This document shows positions 17,689 to 20,000 of a stretch of DNA of 20,000 bases, piece after piece (the first letter of the stretch is position 1; every line of letters begins with the position of its first letter). A program made the translations under genes and the position numbers. The stretch is from IMG/VR virus record IMGVR_UViG_3300043570_001981; one strand, 5' to 3'. Below the pieces are notes generated by a model. It ran no database searches and was not told the DNA's origin. It was given only the letters and a program-made list of their open reading frames with translations. The DNA comes from an uncultured virus (IMG/VR IMGVR_UViG_3300043570_001981). Lineage: Duplodnaviria; Heunggongvirae; Uroviricota; Caudoviricetes.

Positions 17689-17829
17689 CTATCTACCTTG
17701 TCCCCTATAAAGCTTTTTATAGTTCTTAGTATTTTTACCTTTCGATGATTTCTTTTTAGAATGCACTCCGGGTCTTTTTGTTTTAGACTTAGAAAGAAAG
17801 TTTGATGATGTAGTTGTTGCCTTAGCCAT
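17689..17829 (-). CDS. 46-aa highly basic protein ending YRGQGR
   Basis: Not in the ORF track. MAKATTTSSNFLSKSKTKRPGVHSKKKSSKGKNTKNYKKLYRGQGR*. Preceded by AATATATAA (about 17848-17856) and an A-rich leader; fills the intergenic gap. Confidence 0.75.
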   Translation of the reverse strand: MAKATTTSSNFLSKSKTKRPGVHSKKKSSKGKNTKNYKKLYRGQGR

Positions 17830-17847
17830 AGTGATTAATTTTTATTT

Positions 17848-17884
17848 TTATATATTTTTATTCTAAATCGATTTTTATATATAA
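17848..17884. promoter_or_regulatory. Divergent promoter region with two TATATA cores
   Basis: TATATA at 17849-17854 (minus, basic peptide gene) and TATATATAA at 17876-17884 (plus, beta-barrel gene). Confidence 0.5.
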
Positions 17885-17906
17885 GTTAACAAAAAAACCA
17901 CTACAT

Positions 17907-18614
17907 ATGAAGAAATTAATAATCATAATATCATCTTTACTTTTATCAATTTCAGTTGAAGCACAAACTGAAATTACTTTAGATAATAGCTTATCAGGAA
18001 GTTTAAATCAAGGAAAGTCAAATATAGTTGGAATCAACTTTACAGGCAATAATTCATTTGATTTTGGTAAACATATTGCTTTAGATTTAGGAACAAATTA
18101 TAACGTTCAATACATACCCCAATTAACACAAAATGAACTAATTCAAAAAGTTAATTTTGGATACAACAAAGAACATTGGGATTTATTCACTACATATCAA
18201 TATAACTATTCACTAGTTAGAAGTATTCAAGCAGACAACTGGTTAGGTATTGGTGGAGGTGTTAAAGAAAAGTTTAACTGGGGCAAAGCTTCTTTATCAT
18301 ATGCTTTTCTTTATCAGAATACTGATTATATGGTTAATCCAACTACAAATAAATTAAGACATTCTATTAGAGCTAAAATAAAAATAGAAAAGAAGTCATT
18401 TGGATTCTCAACTGAATATTATTATCAACCAAATATTAAAGATTTTAATGATTGTATAATTTTTGGAACTACTAAATTAACTTTATTTCCTACAAAACCT
18501 TTCAACTTTATTATACAAGACCAGATGAACTTTAGAAGTACCAGTGATGTTCAAATGATTAACAATTTAACTTTTGGAATCGCTTATAAATTTGTTAAAA
18601 AAATTGTAAAATAA
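17907..18614 (+). CDS. Exported outer-membrane beta-barrel protein, DUF481-like
   Basis: Signal peptide MKKLIIIISSLLLSISVEA/Q, alternating amphipathic strands, GIGGG, YYYQPNIKDFND, and terminal strand LTFGIAYKF. Confidence 0.7.
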   Translation: MKKLIIIISSLLLSISVEAQTEITLDNSLSGSLNQGKSNIVGINFTGNNSFDFGKHIALDLGTNYNVQYIPQLTQNELIQKVNFGYNKEHWDLFTTYQYNYSLVRSIQADNWLGIGGGVKEKFNWGKASLSYAFLYQNTDYMVNPTTNKLRHSIRAKIKIEKKSFGFSTEYYYQPNIKDFNDCIIFGTTKLTLFPTKPFNFIIQDQMNFRSTSDVQMINNLTFGIAYKFVKKIVK

Positions 18615-18702
18615 TTCATTTTTCACTAAACAAAAGACACATTTCATGATATATACTTAAATTAGGGTCAAGATTCATTTCTTGATTCAAAAAAAAAATC
18701 CT

Positions 18703-19545
18703 ATGAATAACACTTTAGCGTACAACTCTCTCGTTCAAAAAATGAGAGAATTTTTTTTGTCAAAAAACTTCTACGAAGTTCCGACACAATCAAGACTGTC
18801 AATCTTAGCAGCTTGTGAAAACCCTCACTCAATTGCCACTTTTAACTATAACGGTGAAATTTGGCCTCTTCCACAAACAGGACAAATGTGGTTAGAACAC
18901 GAACTATTAAAGAATCCTCATTGGGAAGGATGCTTTTGTATTTCAACCTCTTATCGTCAAGAAAAGAATCCTATTCCTGGTAGACACGAATTAATTTTCC
19001 CTATGTTTGAATTCGAATCAAAAGGTGGAATGAAAGAATTACTTAAACTAGAGTCAGAACTATTAGCACACTTAGGTTTTGATTCACCAGTAGAAGTAAA
19101 CTATGATGAAGTTTGTCAAGAATATGGTGGTGTTGAAATCTTAGAAGACGAACACGAAAGTAGAATGTGGAAAGAAAAAGGATCAGTAGTTTCTTTACAA
19201 CATTTTCCATTAAGAACTAATCCTTTTTGGAATATGAAACACAATGAAACTAACATCTTTAATAAAGTAGATGTTATTCTTTATGGCCAAGAAACAATTG
19301 GATCAGCAGAAAGAAGCTGTGATGTAGAAGAAATGAAACACAATTTCTATACAATCGAAAATGGTAAATATGCTGCTAAGTTATTTGAACTATTCGGTAA
19401 AGAAAGAGTTGAGTCTGAATTAGAACTATTCTTATCTTATAATTTCTTTCCAAGATTTGGTGGAGGAATTGGATTAACTAGAATGGCAAGAGCTTGGGAG
19501 TTACTACAACAAACAACAGAAAAAGAAGTTGAAGAATTAGTATAA
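18703..19545 (+). CDS. Class II aaRS catalytic-domain-only protein (AsnRS/AspRS paralog; putative asparagine synthetase)
   Basis: Motif 1 region FYEVPTQ, LPQTGQMWLE, motif 2 SYRQE...RHELIFPMFEFE, GQETIGSAER, and motif 3 PRFGGGIGLTR. No N-terminal OB anticodon domain. ATG at 18703 is preferred over TTG at 18682. Confidence 0.82.
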   Translation: MNNTLAYNSLVQKMREFFLSKNFYEVPTQSRLSILAACENPHSIATFNYNGEIWPLPQTGQMWLEHELLKNPHWEGCFCISTSYRQEKNPIPGRHELIFPMFEFESKGGMKELLKLESELLAHLGFDSPVEVNYDEVCQEYGGVEILEDEHESRMWKEKGSVVSLQHFPLRTNPFWNMKHNETNIFNKVDVILYGQETIGSAERSCDVEEMKHNFYTIENGKYAAKLFELFGKERVESELELFLSYNFFPRFGGGIGLTRMARAWELLQQTTEKEVEELV

Positions 19546-19565
19546 TAACTGAAACTGATACAAAT

Positions 19566-19595
19566 AAAAAGAGAGTCATTTTTGACTCTCTTTTT
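19566..19595. terminator. Bidirectional intrinsic terminator overlapping the 3' end of the 93-aa gene
   Basis: AAAAAGAGAGTCA-TTTT-TGACTCTCTTTTT at a convergent junction. Confidence 0.85.
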
Positions 19596-19857
19596 TTATT
19601 TTAATTTTTTCGTAGTGGCGTTTAATTTTGTCTTGATAGATGCTTAATATAATATCTTTTATCATTAAAAATGGATTATTACCAGAGAAGTAAAAGTAAA
19701 GTCCAAAGCAAAATCCCGCAAGGCAATATAATACTAAATTGGCTCCTAAGTAAGAACCAGTTAATTTCATCAGCGTTATCTGAATAGCGTCGAATCCGAA
19801 GGGGTTGAAGAACATCCCCAAAATTAGAAACAATGTTGCTAGTTTTGTTTTTGTCAT
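19576..19857 (-). CDS. Small membrane protein (2 predicted TM segments, basic C-terminus)
   Basis: 93 aa. Hydrophobic segments LATLFLILGMFFNPFGFD and LGANLVLYCLAGFCFGLYFYF, followed by a Lys-rich tail. Confidence 0.7.
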   Translation of the reverse strand: MTKTKLATLFLILGMFFNPFGFDAIQITLMKLTGSYLGANLVLYCLAGFCFGLYFYFSGNNPFLMIKDIILSIYQDKIKRHYEKIKIKKESQK

Positions 19858-20000
19858 TTTTCTTTTTGTTTATCGTGGGACCAGGTTCCATATTGTTAAT
19901 AGGTTTTGACTTACGTCTCTCAAACTCAAAATATCATACACACTTGAGACGCAGTTATGATGTATATATTATTTTTACTAATAATAATTTTATATATAGT

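Noticed and set aside
19679..19891. 70-aa ORF overlapping the 93-aa membrane gene in another frame (considered as an embedded spanin-like gene)
   Set aside because: No N-terminal signal or lipobox; the 93-aa frame looks more protein-like. Not fully excluded.
1..20000. Alternative genetic code (stop-codon reassignment seen in some large phages)
   Set aside because: Genes are full length in the standard code, and TAA, TGA (14051, 19576) and TAG (15837, 17689) all appear as plausible stops.
1..20000. Giant eukaryotic virus or bacterial chromosome/eCIS origin
   Set aside because: UvsW, gp53-like and hub-like genes, a peptidoglycan amidase, intrinsic terminators and many orphan genes fit a T4-like phage better.
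1..20000. CRISPR arrays, tRNA/rRNA genes, introns/inteins, IS elements
   Set aside because: No repeat-spacer array, cloverleaf, transposase or splicing motifs were seen; intergenic gaps are short.

Overview
AT-rich, gene-dense 20 kb segment that reads as part of a large T4-like (myovirus, probably jumbo/huge) phage genome in the standard genetic code. The host is possibly Bacteroidota, inferred from AT-rich ribosome-binding regions without Shine-Dalgarno sequences, a signal peptide followed by Gln, and a glycosyltransferase + LpxH-like cassette. The left half (1-9891, mostly minus strand) is a baseplate/tail module: gp27-like hub, UvsW helicase, large protein with a C-terminal Cys/His peptidoglycan amidase, gp53-like wedge protein and a probable tail-tube/baseplate junction protein. 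The middle holds an amidoligase / unknown / DHH phosphoesterase trio whose N-termini resemble T4 capsid-targeting leaders. It faces two small genes that look like major-capsid-protein fragments sharing an R[DN]xKI[DN]xILNG tail. The right part carries host-like auxiliary genes: glycosyltransferase, LpxH-like phosphoesterase, SlyD, a DUF481-like beta-barrel and an anticodon-less AsnRS-like enzyme, plus small membrane and basic proteins. A TATATA motif precedes almost every transcription unit, and all four convergent gene junctions carry bidirectional hairpin terminators. Family assignments come from motif recognition by eye; no searches were run.
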